Positions 8,680 to 17,400 of a stretch of DNA of 24,136 nt are shown here, in pieces. The notes beneath the pieces were generated by a model that did not search any database, had not been told where the DNA came from, and saw nothing but the letters and a program-made list of their open reading frames with translations. The stretch is from a virus (lineage: Duplodnaviria > Caudoviricetes), in IMG/VR virus record IMGVR_UViG_3300030372_003469, positions 1 through 24,136 of that record. One strand, written 5' to 3'. A program made the translations under genes and the position numbers. Every line of letters starts with the position of its first letter. Position 1 is the first letter of the stretch.

Positions 8680-9903
8680 ATGTCACAAGAAAATCAACAA
8701 ATTGAAGAGGTTGTTGAAGATACTGTTGTAGAAAATAATGAAACAACACAGGCTGAAACAACTGAAAAAGAAATTTCTTATAAAGAAGTAAAAGAAGATG
8801 GGACTATAAAATTAGACCTTGGAAAATTAAAAGAATTTAAAAACCAAAAAACAGATAAAGATGCCGTTCAAAAGCAAAGCGCAGATGACAGCGATGCTAC
8901 TATCGTCGAACCCAAAAACACGTCAAGCAGCGAAGAGGTGGCTGAAGAAGTACGGGAAACCAAAGAAGAAGAAGTAGTATTACAAGAAGTATCTGATGAG
9001 GAAGAAGAAATAAAACAACCGCAAGTTGAGTCAACACAACCTGAGGTAATAGAAAAAACAGAAGTTGCTCCGCAAAAAGCTTTACCAGAAAATATTGAAA
9101 GTCTGGTCAAATTTATGGAGGAAACGGGTGGAAGTATAGAAGAATATGTTAGATTAAATGCCGATTATTCAAATGTTGATAACAATACATTATTAAAAGA
9201 ATATTATAGGTCAACTAAAAGTCATTTAGATAATGACGAAATAAACTTTTTAATTGAGGATAGATTTTCATATGATGAAGATGTAGACGATGATAGAGAT
9301 ATTAAAAAGAAAAAGTTGGCAATGAAAGAAGAAATTGCAAAAGCTAAAAAGTTTCTTAATGGTATGAAAGATGAATATTACAAGGAAGTCAAGTTGGGTT
9401 CTAAGTTATCATCTGAACAGCAAGAAGCTATTAACTTTTACAATCAATACAACCAAGAACAAGCTGCTGCTAGTGAAGTTCAACAAAAACAGTACAAGCA
9501 ATTTGAGCAAAGTACCAATAATGTTTTTAACGAAAATTTCAAAGGTTTTGATTTTAAAGTTGGAAACAAAAAATATAGGTATAATGTAAAAAACGCAAGT
9601 GATGTTAAGAATTACCAAAGCGACATATCTAATTTTGTGAGGGAGTTCCTCGACGAAAATGATATGATGAAAGACGCTAAAGGTTATCACAAAGCTTTAT
9701 ATGCTGGTAAAAACATTGATAAAATTGTATCACATTTTTATGAGCAAGGTAAAGCTGATGCTATAAAAGAAACCGCTTTAAAATCAAAGAATATTGATAT
9801 GGGAGCTAGAACTGTTAAACCAGTTGTAGAAGCCGGCGGGATGAAAGTTAGAGTATTAGGCGGAGAGAATAGTTCAAAGTTAAAATTTAAAATAAAAAAA
9901 TAA
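8680..9903 (+). CDS. Capsid scaffolding protein (putative)
   Basis: 407 aa with a very acidic disordered N-half, helical C-half and basic C-terminal tail (KLKFKIKK). Located between portal and MCP. Confidence 0.75.
   Translation: MSQENQQIEEVVEDTVVENNETTQAETTEKEISYKEVKEDGTIKLDLGKLKEFKNQKTDKDAVQKQSADDSDATIVEPKNTSSSEEVAEEVRETKEEEVVLQEVSDEEEEIKQPQVESTQPEVIEKTEVAPQKALPENIESLVKFMEETGGSIEEYVRLNADYSNVDNNTLLKEYYRSTKSHLDNDEINFLIEDRFSYDEDVDDDRDIKKKKLAMKEEIAKAKKFLNGMKDEYYKEVKLGSKLSSEQQEAINFYNQYNQEQAAASEVQQKQYKQFEQSTNNVFNENFKGFDFKVGNKKYRYNVKNASDVKNYQSDISNFVREFLDENDMMKDAKGYHKALYAGKNIDKIVSHFYEQGKADAIKETALKSKNIDMGARTVKPVVEAGGMKVRVLGGENSSKLKFKIKK
8861..8977 (+). CDS. Overprinted 38-aa basic peptide (MPFKSKAQ type) in the +1 frame of the scaffold gene
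   Basis: MPFKSKAQMTAMLLSSNPKTRQAAKRWLKKYGKPKKKK*. Has its own A-rich leader. GC is 50/100 in 8861-8960 versus 23/100 in 8761-8860 (hand count). Confidence 0.7.
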   Translation: MPFKSKAQMTAMLLSSNPKTRQAAKRWLKKYGKPKKKK

Positions 9904-9922
9904 AAACTTAAAAAATTAAAAA

Positions 9923-11401
9923 ATGGGATTTAATACATCTTTAGGATTAGGTGGATCATTTTCACTTACTCCACACCCAACAGCAGATGTTTTATCTACA
10001 AACTATATTAGTTTTGTTGATGGAAGTGCTGATTGGTCACAACAATATCTACCTGAATTGTACGAGCAAGAAGTAGAGCGTTACGGAAACCGTACTATCA
10101 GTGGATTTTTACAAATGGTAGGCGCTGAAATGCCTATGAGTTCTGATCAAGTTGTTTGGTCTGAGCAAAACAGATTGCACATTGCATATAAGAGTGCTGG
10201 TGCTGCTGGAAGTGCAACAAGTGTAGAGGTAGAAAGTGCTTCTGGTAACACTATTTCGCTTGGTACTTCATTAAACAACTCTTTAAGAGTTGGTGATACA
10301 GTATTAGTTACTGATGCTGCTACTGGACTTAAAACTTTAAAGTGTTATGTATCTACTACCGCTGCTTCTGCTACACAAACTGCAGGTCAAGGAGCTGGTA
10401 ATACAGATGCTACTTTATTGCCTTATTCTAAAGCTGCTATGACAGGTACTTTTGCTGACAACGATCAGTTGAATATATTTGTATACGGTAAAGAATTTGC
10501 TAAAGGAAGTGCTAGTCAATCAGGTGAGCTTAAGCCACAATTCCAACAGTATAACAACAAGCCAATAATTATTAAAGATCACTTTAAAATTAATGGTTCT
10601 GATACTGCTAGAATCGGATGGGTTGAAACTACTGACGAAGCTGGACAAGTAGGATACTCTTGGTATTTAAAGTCTGCTGGAGAAACTAGATTACGTTTTA
10701 TGGATTACTTAGAAACTTCATTAATCGAAGCTGAAAAAGGAGCTAGTGCTTCATTAATTCACGATGCTTCAGGAGGTTTAGGAGTAACTCAGCCAGGCGA
10801 TGTAGGTACAGAAGGTTTATTCTCTGCTATTGAAACTAGAGGTAACGTATTTGAAGATTTAGCTTCTCTTGGAGATTTTGACTTATTGTTAAAAAATCTT
10901 GACAAGCAAGGTGCTATCGAAGAAAACATGTTATACTTAAACAGATCAATGGCTCTTACTTTTGACGATATGGTAGCTGGTATCAACGCTAACTATCAAG
11001 GTGGTGCTTCTTTTGGAGTATTTGACAATGACGCTGATATGGCATTAAACTTCGGTTTTTCTGCTTTCAGAAGAGGATCTTACGATTTCTACAAGTCAGA
11101 TTGGAAATACTTAAATGATGCTGCTGCTCGTGGAGGATTTGGAGATATTTCAGGAGTATTAATTCCTGCTGGAACTTCAACTGTATACGATCAGTCATTA
11201 GGTAAAAACATGACACGTCCTTTCTTGCACGTACGTTACAGATCTTCAGAAACTGATGACCGAAGAATGAAATCTTGGGTAACTGGTTCTGTAGGACAGG
11301 CTAGCTATGTAGGAGATGACTTCATGGAAGTACACTACTTATCTGAAAGATGTTTAATAGTTCAAGGTGCTAACAACTTTGTATTGTTAAAAGAATCATA
11401 A
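9923..11401 (+). CDS. Major capsid protein
   Basis: 492 aa, follows the scaffold. Motif QQYLPELYEQEVERYGNRTISGFL...SDQVVWSEQ.RLH and C-terminal EVHYLSERCLIVQGANNF. Codon usage typical of high expression (TTC, AAC, TAC, CGT). Followed by a hairpin. Confidence 0.88.
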   Translation: MGFNTSLGLGGSFSLTPHPTADVLSTNYISFVDGSADWSQQYLPELYEQEVERYGNRTISGFLQMVGAEMPMSSDQVVWSEQNRLHIAYKSAGAAGSATSVEVESASGNTISLGTSLNNSLRVGDTVLVTDAATGLKTLKCYVSTTAASATQTAGQGAGNTDATLLPYSKAAMTGTFADNDQLNIFVYGKEFAKGSASQSGELKPQFQQYNNKPIIIKDHFKINGSDTARIGWVETTDEAGQVGYSWYLKSAGETRLRFMDYLETSLIEAEKGASASLIHDASGGLGVTQPGDVGTEGLFSAIETRGNVFEDLASLGDFDLLLKNLDKQGAIEENMLYLNRSMALTFDDMVAGINANYQGGASFGVFDNDADMALNFGFSAFRRGSYDFYKSDWKYLNDAAARGGFGDISGVLIPAGTSTVYDQSLGKNMTRPFLHVRYRSSETDDRRMKSWVTGSVGQASYVGDDFMEVHYLSERCLIVQGANNFVLLKES

Positions 11402-11415
11402 TAGATAAATTTTAA

Positions 11416-11437
11416 AAGGCGGTGTAAAAGCCGCCTT
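11416..11437 (+). terminator. GC-rich stem-loop after MCP (weak terminator or stabilising hairpin)
   Basis: AAGGCGGT-GTAAAA-GCCGCCTT. No long U-tract follows on the + strand. Confidence 0.6.
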
Positions 11438-11441
11438 ATAT

Positions 11442-11476
11442 AAAAACCAAAAACTAAAAACTAAAAACTAAAAAAA
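11442..11476 (+). repeat. 7-nt tandem repeat (AAAAACY) x4 plus a partial copy in the translation leader
   Basis: AAAAACC AAAAACT AAAAACT AAAAACT AAAAAAA directly before the ATG at 11477. Confidence 0.85.
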
Positions 11477-11860
11477 ATGGAAAAATATTTATATTTTAGA
11501 ACTCAAGCTACTTTAGCAGATGATGATGATATAGCACAATCAGCTATGTTCCCAGCTTCTTCTTTCGCAGGATGTTACCCAACAAGTGATACAGCTCTTA
11601 CTGTATGCTTTAAAAGTGTTAACAACCACGATGGAGCAGACGCAGGATCAAATGCAGTAATAGTTTCTGACACTGTTGTATTAACTGTTGGAACTAACAA
11701 ACATAAAGAAGCTATGAGAGCGATAGTTGATGCTATCGTAGGTAATACTTTTTCAAAAGCATCTTTTATTTCAGTAATTGATGATATTGATGGAACTGGT
11801 ATTGCTACTGGCGTTATTTCAGCTTGTGGTGCTATTACTATAGCAGCTACTGCCTCGTAA
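11477..11860 (+). CDS. Putative minor capsid/decoration protein
   Basis: 127 aa, rich in small residues. Sits right after MCP and before a strong terminator. Function inferred from position. Confidence 0.6.
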   Translation: MEKYLYFRTQATLADDDDIAQSAMFPASSFAGCYPTSDTALTVCFKSVNNHDGADAGSNAVIVSDTVVLTVGTNKHKEAMRAIVDAIVGNTFSKASFISVIDDIDGTGIATGVISACGAITIAATAS

Positions 11861-11874
11861 TGAGTAAATTATTT

Positions 11875-11915
11875 TAAACCAAAGGCGTCTAACTGGCGCC
11901 TTTAGGTTTATTTTT
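11875..11915 (+). terminator. Rho-independent terminator
   Basis: TAAACC-AAAGGCGTC-TAACT-GGCGCCTTT-A-GGTTTA followed by TTTTT. Confidence 0.8.
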
Positions 11916-11918
11916 ATA

Positions 11919-11939
11919 AACTATTTAATTATATTATAT
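11919..11939 (+). promoter_or_regulatory. 21-nt leader element AACTATTTAATTATATTATAT (copy 2)
   Basis: Identical to 8658-8678. Ends 1 nt before the ATG at 11941. Confidence 0.7.
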
Positions 11940-11940
11940 C

Positions 11941-12771
11941 ATGGCTAAAAAAGCTAAAGCAGAAACTGTTGAGGTTGCACCTCAAACGGCTGCAGTAAAA
12001 CCTGCACCTAAAAAACAAACTATACCGGCTAAACCAAGCTGGGAAATAAAAGATAGACAATATTATTTAACGGGAAATGGTAATCCCCTTAGTTATGTTT
12101 TAACTTCTAAATCAACACCAAGAAAACCATTATTATGGTTTGATGAAGAAAAAGGCTATAACAGAGAATTAAGATATGCTAGCAACCAAAGATCTTGTTT
12201 CATAGACGAGCAAGATAGTAACGTTATACTAGACCATATTATATTTGAAGAAGGCGTATTACACGTGTCTAAAAAAAATCAAGCATTACAAAAAATGCTA
12301 TCATTATATCACCCTAAAAGAGGTTATATATATGAAGAGAAAGATGAAGTAGCAGAAGCTAAAGATGATTTAGTAAGTATAGAAGTTGAAATGGAAGCTT
12401 TAAATACAGCTATGTCTATTGATATTGATCAAGCAGAGGCTATATTAAGAGTTGAATTAGGATCTTCTGTAGACAGAATGAGTTCGGCTGAGTTAAAAAG
12501 AGATTTGTATATGTTTGCTAGAAACAATCCTATATTGTTTTTAGACTTAGTAAATGATGAAAATGTAGTGCTTAGAAATTTAGCTATTAAAGCTAGAGAA
12601 ATGGGTATTATAAAATTATCGCAAGATCAAAGAACTTTTTCTTGGGGAGGAACAAATAGAAAATTAATGACTGTACCTTTTGATGAAAATCCATATTCAG
12701 CATTTGCTGCATATTTAAAAACAGATGAAGGCGTAGAAGTTTTTAAATCAATAGAAAAAAGATTAAAATAA
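11941..12771 (+). CDS. Conserved hypothetical protein of the head module
   Basis: 276 aa with a K/A/P-rich N-terminal tail and a globular remainder (LLWFDEEKGYNRELRYASNQ). Confidence 0.8.
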   Translation: MAKKAKAETVEVAPQTAAVKPAPKKQTIPAKPSWEIKDRQYYLTGNGNPLSYVLTSKSTPRKPLLWFDEEKGYNRELRYASNQRSCFIDEQDSNVILDHIIFEEGVLHVSKKNQALQKMLSLYHPKRGYIYEEKDEVAEAKDDLVSIEVEMEALNTAMSIDIDQAEAILRVELGSSVDRMSSAELKRDLYMFARNNPILFLDLVNDENVVLRNLAIKAREMGIIKLSQDQRTFSWGGTNRKLMTVPFDENPYSAFAAYLKTDEGVEVFKSIEKRLK

Positions 12772-12784
12772 TGTAATTATTATA

Positions 12785-12820
12785 AGTAGTGTAGCTGCTT
12801 TTAATAGTGGCTACATTACT
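12785..12820 (+). promoter_or_regulatory. Intergenic 15-bp RNA hairpin
   Basis: AGTAGTGTAGCTGCT-TTTAAT-AGTGGCTACATTACT. Three G-U pairs that form only on the + strand transcript. No U-tract. Confidence 0.7.
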
Positions 12821-12837
12821 ATAATAAAAATAAAAAT

Positions 12838-13572
12838 ATGGCGATTGACGTAAATAAAGTATATACCACAGTTTTATCTATAATAAATAAAAAAGGTAGT
12901 GGATATCTAACACCAGATAATTTTAATAAAATAGCTAAGGTAGTACAGTTAGAGTTACTAGATAGAGCTTTTTATGAATATAATAGAGCTATAGCAAGAC
13001 AAACTTCTGGTAGAGGAGCTCAGGGCTATGGAGATATTCCTAGAAAAATACAAGATAAAATAGATCCATTCTGTACATCAGATACTATTTCTTTAACATC
13101 TGGAATAGGTAGTTTACCTACAGCTTCTTCCGGTACATATAATGTAGCTGGTGTTTATAATATATTAAACGTTACATCTACAGATAACTTAACACAAATA
13201 GAAAGAATAGATAAATCTAAGCTAAGCTTTTTATTATCTTCACCATTAACAGCACCTTCAACTACATTTCCTATGTATTACGTTAGTGCTGATTCAATAT
13301 ATGTTTACCCAACAACTTTATCGTCTGTATCTATGTACTATGTAGGTACTCCACCTGATCCAAAATGGAATTCAGGAGTAGACACAACTAGTTTTGGTAC
13401 ACCTATATATACCTATTCAGCAACAGGGTCTGTTAATTTTACATTACACGATTCTGATGAAGTAGATTTAATATTAGGTATTTTACAATACTTTGGTATA
13501 ACAATTAAAGATCCTTTAGTTATACAATCTGCTATGCAAGAAAAACAATCAATAACACAACAAGAACAATAA
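12838..13572 (+). CDS. Putative head-tail adaptor/neck ring (tail tubular A-like) protein
   Basis: 244 aa with helical N- and C-termini flanking a beta region (IYVYP, MYYVGTPPDPKW). Located before the tail stabilization genes. Confidence 0.6.
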   Translation: MAIDVNKVYTTVLSIINKKGSGYLTPDNFNKIAKVVQLELLDRAFYEYNRAIARQTSGRGAQGYGDIPRKIQDKIDPFCTSDTISLTSGIGSLPTASSGTYNVAGVYNILNVTSTDNLTQIERIDKSKLSFLLSSPLTAPSTTFPMYYVSADSIYVYPTTLSSVSMYYVGTPPDPKWNSGVDTTSFGTPIYTYSATGSVNFTLHDSDEVDLILGILQYFGITIKDPLVIQSAMQEKQSITQQEQ

Positions 13573-13573
13573 T

Positions 13574-14473
13574 ATGGGATTATTAGACGGGCAAACAAGT
13601 CAGAATTATTACGAAGCTTCTAGTTTTGGAGGCTACAGATATACATCTTTAAAAGATATTGTTGATAACTTTATGGTTGCATATGTTGGAGACGGTAAGC
13701 TTATTGATCATGTTGCAAAATCAGATGTTATATTTCATGCTAAAAGAGGATTACAAGAATTTAGCTATGATGTTTTAAGAACAGTTAAATCTCAAGAAGT
13801 AGAATTAGGTCCTTCTTTATCCATACCTATGCCCCAAGATTATGTAAACTATGTTAAAGTTTGTTATATTGATGGTTCAGGTATTCGTAGAATTATTTAT
13901 CCAACAAGACTAACTATAAATCCTACAGAAGCTCCAGTACAAGATAATAATTATGATTACATATTTGATAGTAATGGTGATTTAGTAGAAGGTAGTTCTA
14001 TAACAGAAGAGAGGTGGTCAAATTTTGATACTAAACATGTAACAGGTGATTTATCTTCTGAAGATAGTATTTATCTTACAACTGATGATTATTTAAGAAG
14101 TGATTTTGGAGGAAGATATGGATTAACGCCAGAAACAACGCAAGTTAATGGGTTTTTTACAATAGATGAAAAAACTGGTAGTTTTGCTTTTAGTAGCGAT
14201 TTATCTGGTAAAATTATAGTTATAGAATATATATCTGACGGACTTGGTACTGATGCTGAAATGAAAGTTAATAAAATGGCGGAAGAAGCTTTATATAAAC
14301 ATATAGCTTATAATGTACTAGCTTCAAAAAGAAATATATCAGAATTTATAGTAAGAAGATATCAAAAAGAAAGAAGAGCTGCTCTTAGAAATGCTAAGCT
14401 AAGATTATCTAATATGAAGTTATCTGAAATGGCTCAGGTAATGAGAAATAAATCAAAACAAATAAAACACTAG
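13574..14473 (+). CDS. Putative second neck/ring structural protein
   Basis: 299 aa with IPMPQDYVNYVKV (the LPxD motif of adaptor proteins) and IVIEYISDG. Synteny supports the call. Confidence 0.6.
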   Translation: MGLLDGQTSQNYYEASSFGGYRYTSLKDIVDNFMVAYVGDGKLIDHVAKSDVIFHAKRGLQEFSYDVLRTVKSQEVELGPSLSIPMPQDYVNYVKVCYIDGSGIRRIIYPTRLTINPTEAPVQDNNYDYIFDSNGDLVEGSSITEERWSNFDTKHVTGDLSSEDSIYLTTDDYLRSDFGGRYGLTPETTQVNGFFTIDEKTGSFAFSSDLSGKIIVIEYISDGLGTDAEMKVNKMAEEALYKHIAYNVLASKRNISEFIVRRYQKERRAALRNAKLRLSNMKLSEMAQVMRNKSKQIKH

Positions 14474-14476
14474 CAG

Positions 14477-17400
14477 ATGGCTGAAGATAAGAAAGCGTTT
14501 CTTCAGGGTAAAATGAATAAAGATATTGATGCTAGACTTTTACCTAATGGAGAATACCGCACCGCACAAAATATACAAGTTTCTACATCAGAGGCTCAAG
14601 ATGTTGGTACAATACAAAACCTAAAAGGGAATACTCTTATAAAATTATTTCCCGATATAAATAGCACGTATGGTATTTTAGCAGCAAACCTTGAAACAAT
14701 AGGCTGCCATTTTGACGAAGCAAATGATAGAGCTTTTTATTTTATAACAAATTATACGTGCGCTGATTCAAATAAACCTGGATTAGTAGGTGGTGCTGAC
14801 GGCCCTACATTAGCGTCTGTTGCAAATACAACTAGTAGAACAGACTTATTTTGTGCTATTCTTTTATTTACAGAATCTGAAGGTATAAAAGTATTATGCC
14901 AAGGGTTGTTTTTAAATTTCAGTAAAACGCATGAAATTACTGGCGTAAATATTTTAAATGATTTATTATTTTTTACAGATAATTTTAATCAGCCAAGAAG
15001 AATAAGTATAACTAGAGCATTAGCTGATTCAACTTTTTATGATGACGAACAAAAAATAAGTGTAGCTAAATTTGCACCTGTTTTTCCGCTTAGGTTATTA
15101 GACCAAGAAAATAATTCAACCATGTCTACTGACGACAGCATTGATTCTGATTTTTTAGAAAATCAATTTGTTAGATTTAGCTATAGATTTAGATATATAG
15201 ATGGAGAGTATTCTGTAATGGCTCCATTTACACAAGCTGTTTTTATTCCTGAAATATATGAAAAAACAAGCACTGGTTTTACTATAGCAGAGGTAAAGGC
15301 TATATTTCAAACAGGCGAAGTTGAAGGAATGGTAAATTGCATAAATAAAGTTGTATTTAAACTACAGATGCCTACAGCATCAATAACGGCTTTTAGTGAT
15401 TATCAAATTAAAGAAATTCAATTATTGTGTAAAGTAGATGGAGATTTGCCTGTTAGAGTTTTAGACGTAATATCTTCTTCAACTAGCTTAATAGATTCTT
15501 CTGGCGTAATAAATTATACTTATGAGTCTTCAGAACCATTTAAAACATTACCTCAAAACCAGATAACTAGAGTATTTGATAATGTGCCGCTTAAAGCTCA
15601 ATCACAAGAAGTTATTGGTAATAGAATTGTTTACGGTAATTATTTTGAAAAAAGAGATTTATCAGAAAGCGAATTAGATTTTGAAGTTAATACAGCTACT
15701 AAAAATTCATCAGATAGTAGTAGCTCAGATTTTTTACACAACGAATATAAATATCATTCTGTAAAGCAAAGAAGAAAATATCAAGTTGGTATTGTATTAT
15801 CTGATATATTTGGTAGACAATCGCCAGTATTATTACCTAGAGAAACATCTTCTAAAACTTCTTTACAAAGATCATCTGTTTTTGTTCCGCCAAAAAAACA
15901 TTCTCTTTTTGATTCTAGCGTGTGGGCTGATTATGCAGACAATTCTACTAATACTACAAACTGGGGAGATGTTTTAAGAATTAGATTTGATGATATTATA
16001 GGTAATGCTTATAGCGCTACTAATTTATATGGGTGGTATTCTTATAGGGTAGTTGTGCAACAACAAGAGCAGGAATATTACAATGTTTATACGTCTGGAG
16101 CTTATATATCTGGTAATTACGGATTTATAGCCATAGAAGGAGATAACGTTAATAAAGTACCTAGAGATGTTACTGACATAAAAGAAGAAGAAGGGGTTGT
16201 TGGCAGCGAAGTAAAACTTTATCCTAAAATTATAAATTATAATACAGATGAACCAATTATAGGGCAGTACAACCCTAACAATGGGTCTATAAATGTTACC
16301 GGACCTTTAATGAGTGTTATTTCTATTGGTAATAAAGATGAGCATAATTTTTCAGCAACTATTCCAGGGGGCTTTAGTCCTTTTTTAATTTCTGAAGATT
16401 CGAAAGTTTTATTAGCTAAAATAAATATTACAGACCAGCCAGACTTTCCAACATCTACAACACAAGGTGGATTAGCTGTTTTTGAAACAGAGCCTTTTGA
16501 TTCTAAAATAGATATATTTTTTGAAACCTCTACTTCTGGTTTAGTTAACGATTTAAACACGGTTATAGCTGCTTCGCAAACAGGATTGGATAACATTGAA
16601 ATTGAAATTCAATCAACAGGCGGCAGAAGCGGTTTAACAGAGGGTTCTTTAATTGGAGATGTTATAGGTAAGATAGTTGCTTCAAATAGTGCTGGACAAC
16701 AAGCCGCTACTATTACTTTGCTATCTGTGGAAGCAAGAACAGATGATACTGATTTTGAAACAGTAAATGATTATTTTGAAATAGATTCAACAACTTCCGC
16801 TGGAGATCACTTCATAAAAACAAAACGTTTATTTTGGTTTATTGGAGATGGCCTTCGATTTAAATTTAATGTTTTAGCAGAATTTGGCGGAGCTAGTTTA
16901 CAAAGATCAATAACAACTTATGCTTTAGAACCAGGTGATCAAATAGAGCAGCCAATAAAAGTTAAAAATGAATTTCCCGCATTTACAAATAATGGTAATG
17001 TAGTTAATGGTACTGAATTACCTTTAGTATCAATATCTCAAACAACTGGTCAAAACGTTTTAATAACTCAAGTTTCAGGGGTAAACGGTACTGCAGATAC
17101 AAATAATAATACAGAAAATTTAACTTTTGAAATAACATCTCAACAAACAAATAACGAAGATGTAACTAATTTTACTATAAATAGAGACACGGGTGAAATA
17201 AGTACAACTAACTTTGCTGATTTAGAACCACAAACAACGTATAATACTACTGTAGCGGTATTTGAAACATGGGCTAATATAGACACATCTCAACCGCCAG
17301 AAGTAAATGAAAATCCATATGCTGTTGTTAACTTAGATATAAGAACTGATACGGGGACTAGTCTAGTAGAATTTTTTATGTCAAGCGTTGAATATTCAAG

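Noticed and set aside
15786-15977. +1-frame 63-aa hydrophobic ORF inside the stabilization gene
   Set aside because: TTG start, no A-rich leader and no visible codon/GC shift. The Leu/Ile richness is expected for the +1 frame of T/A-ending codons.
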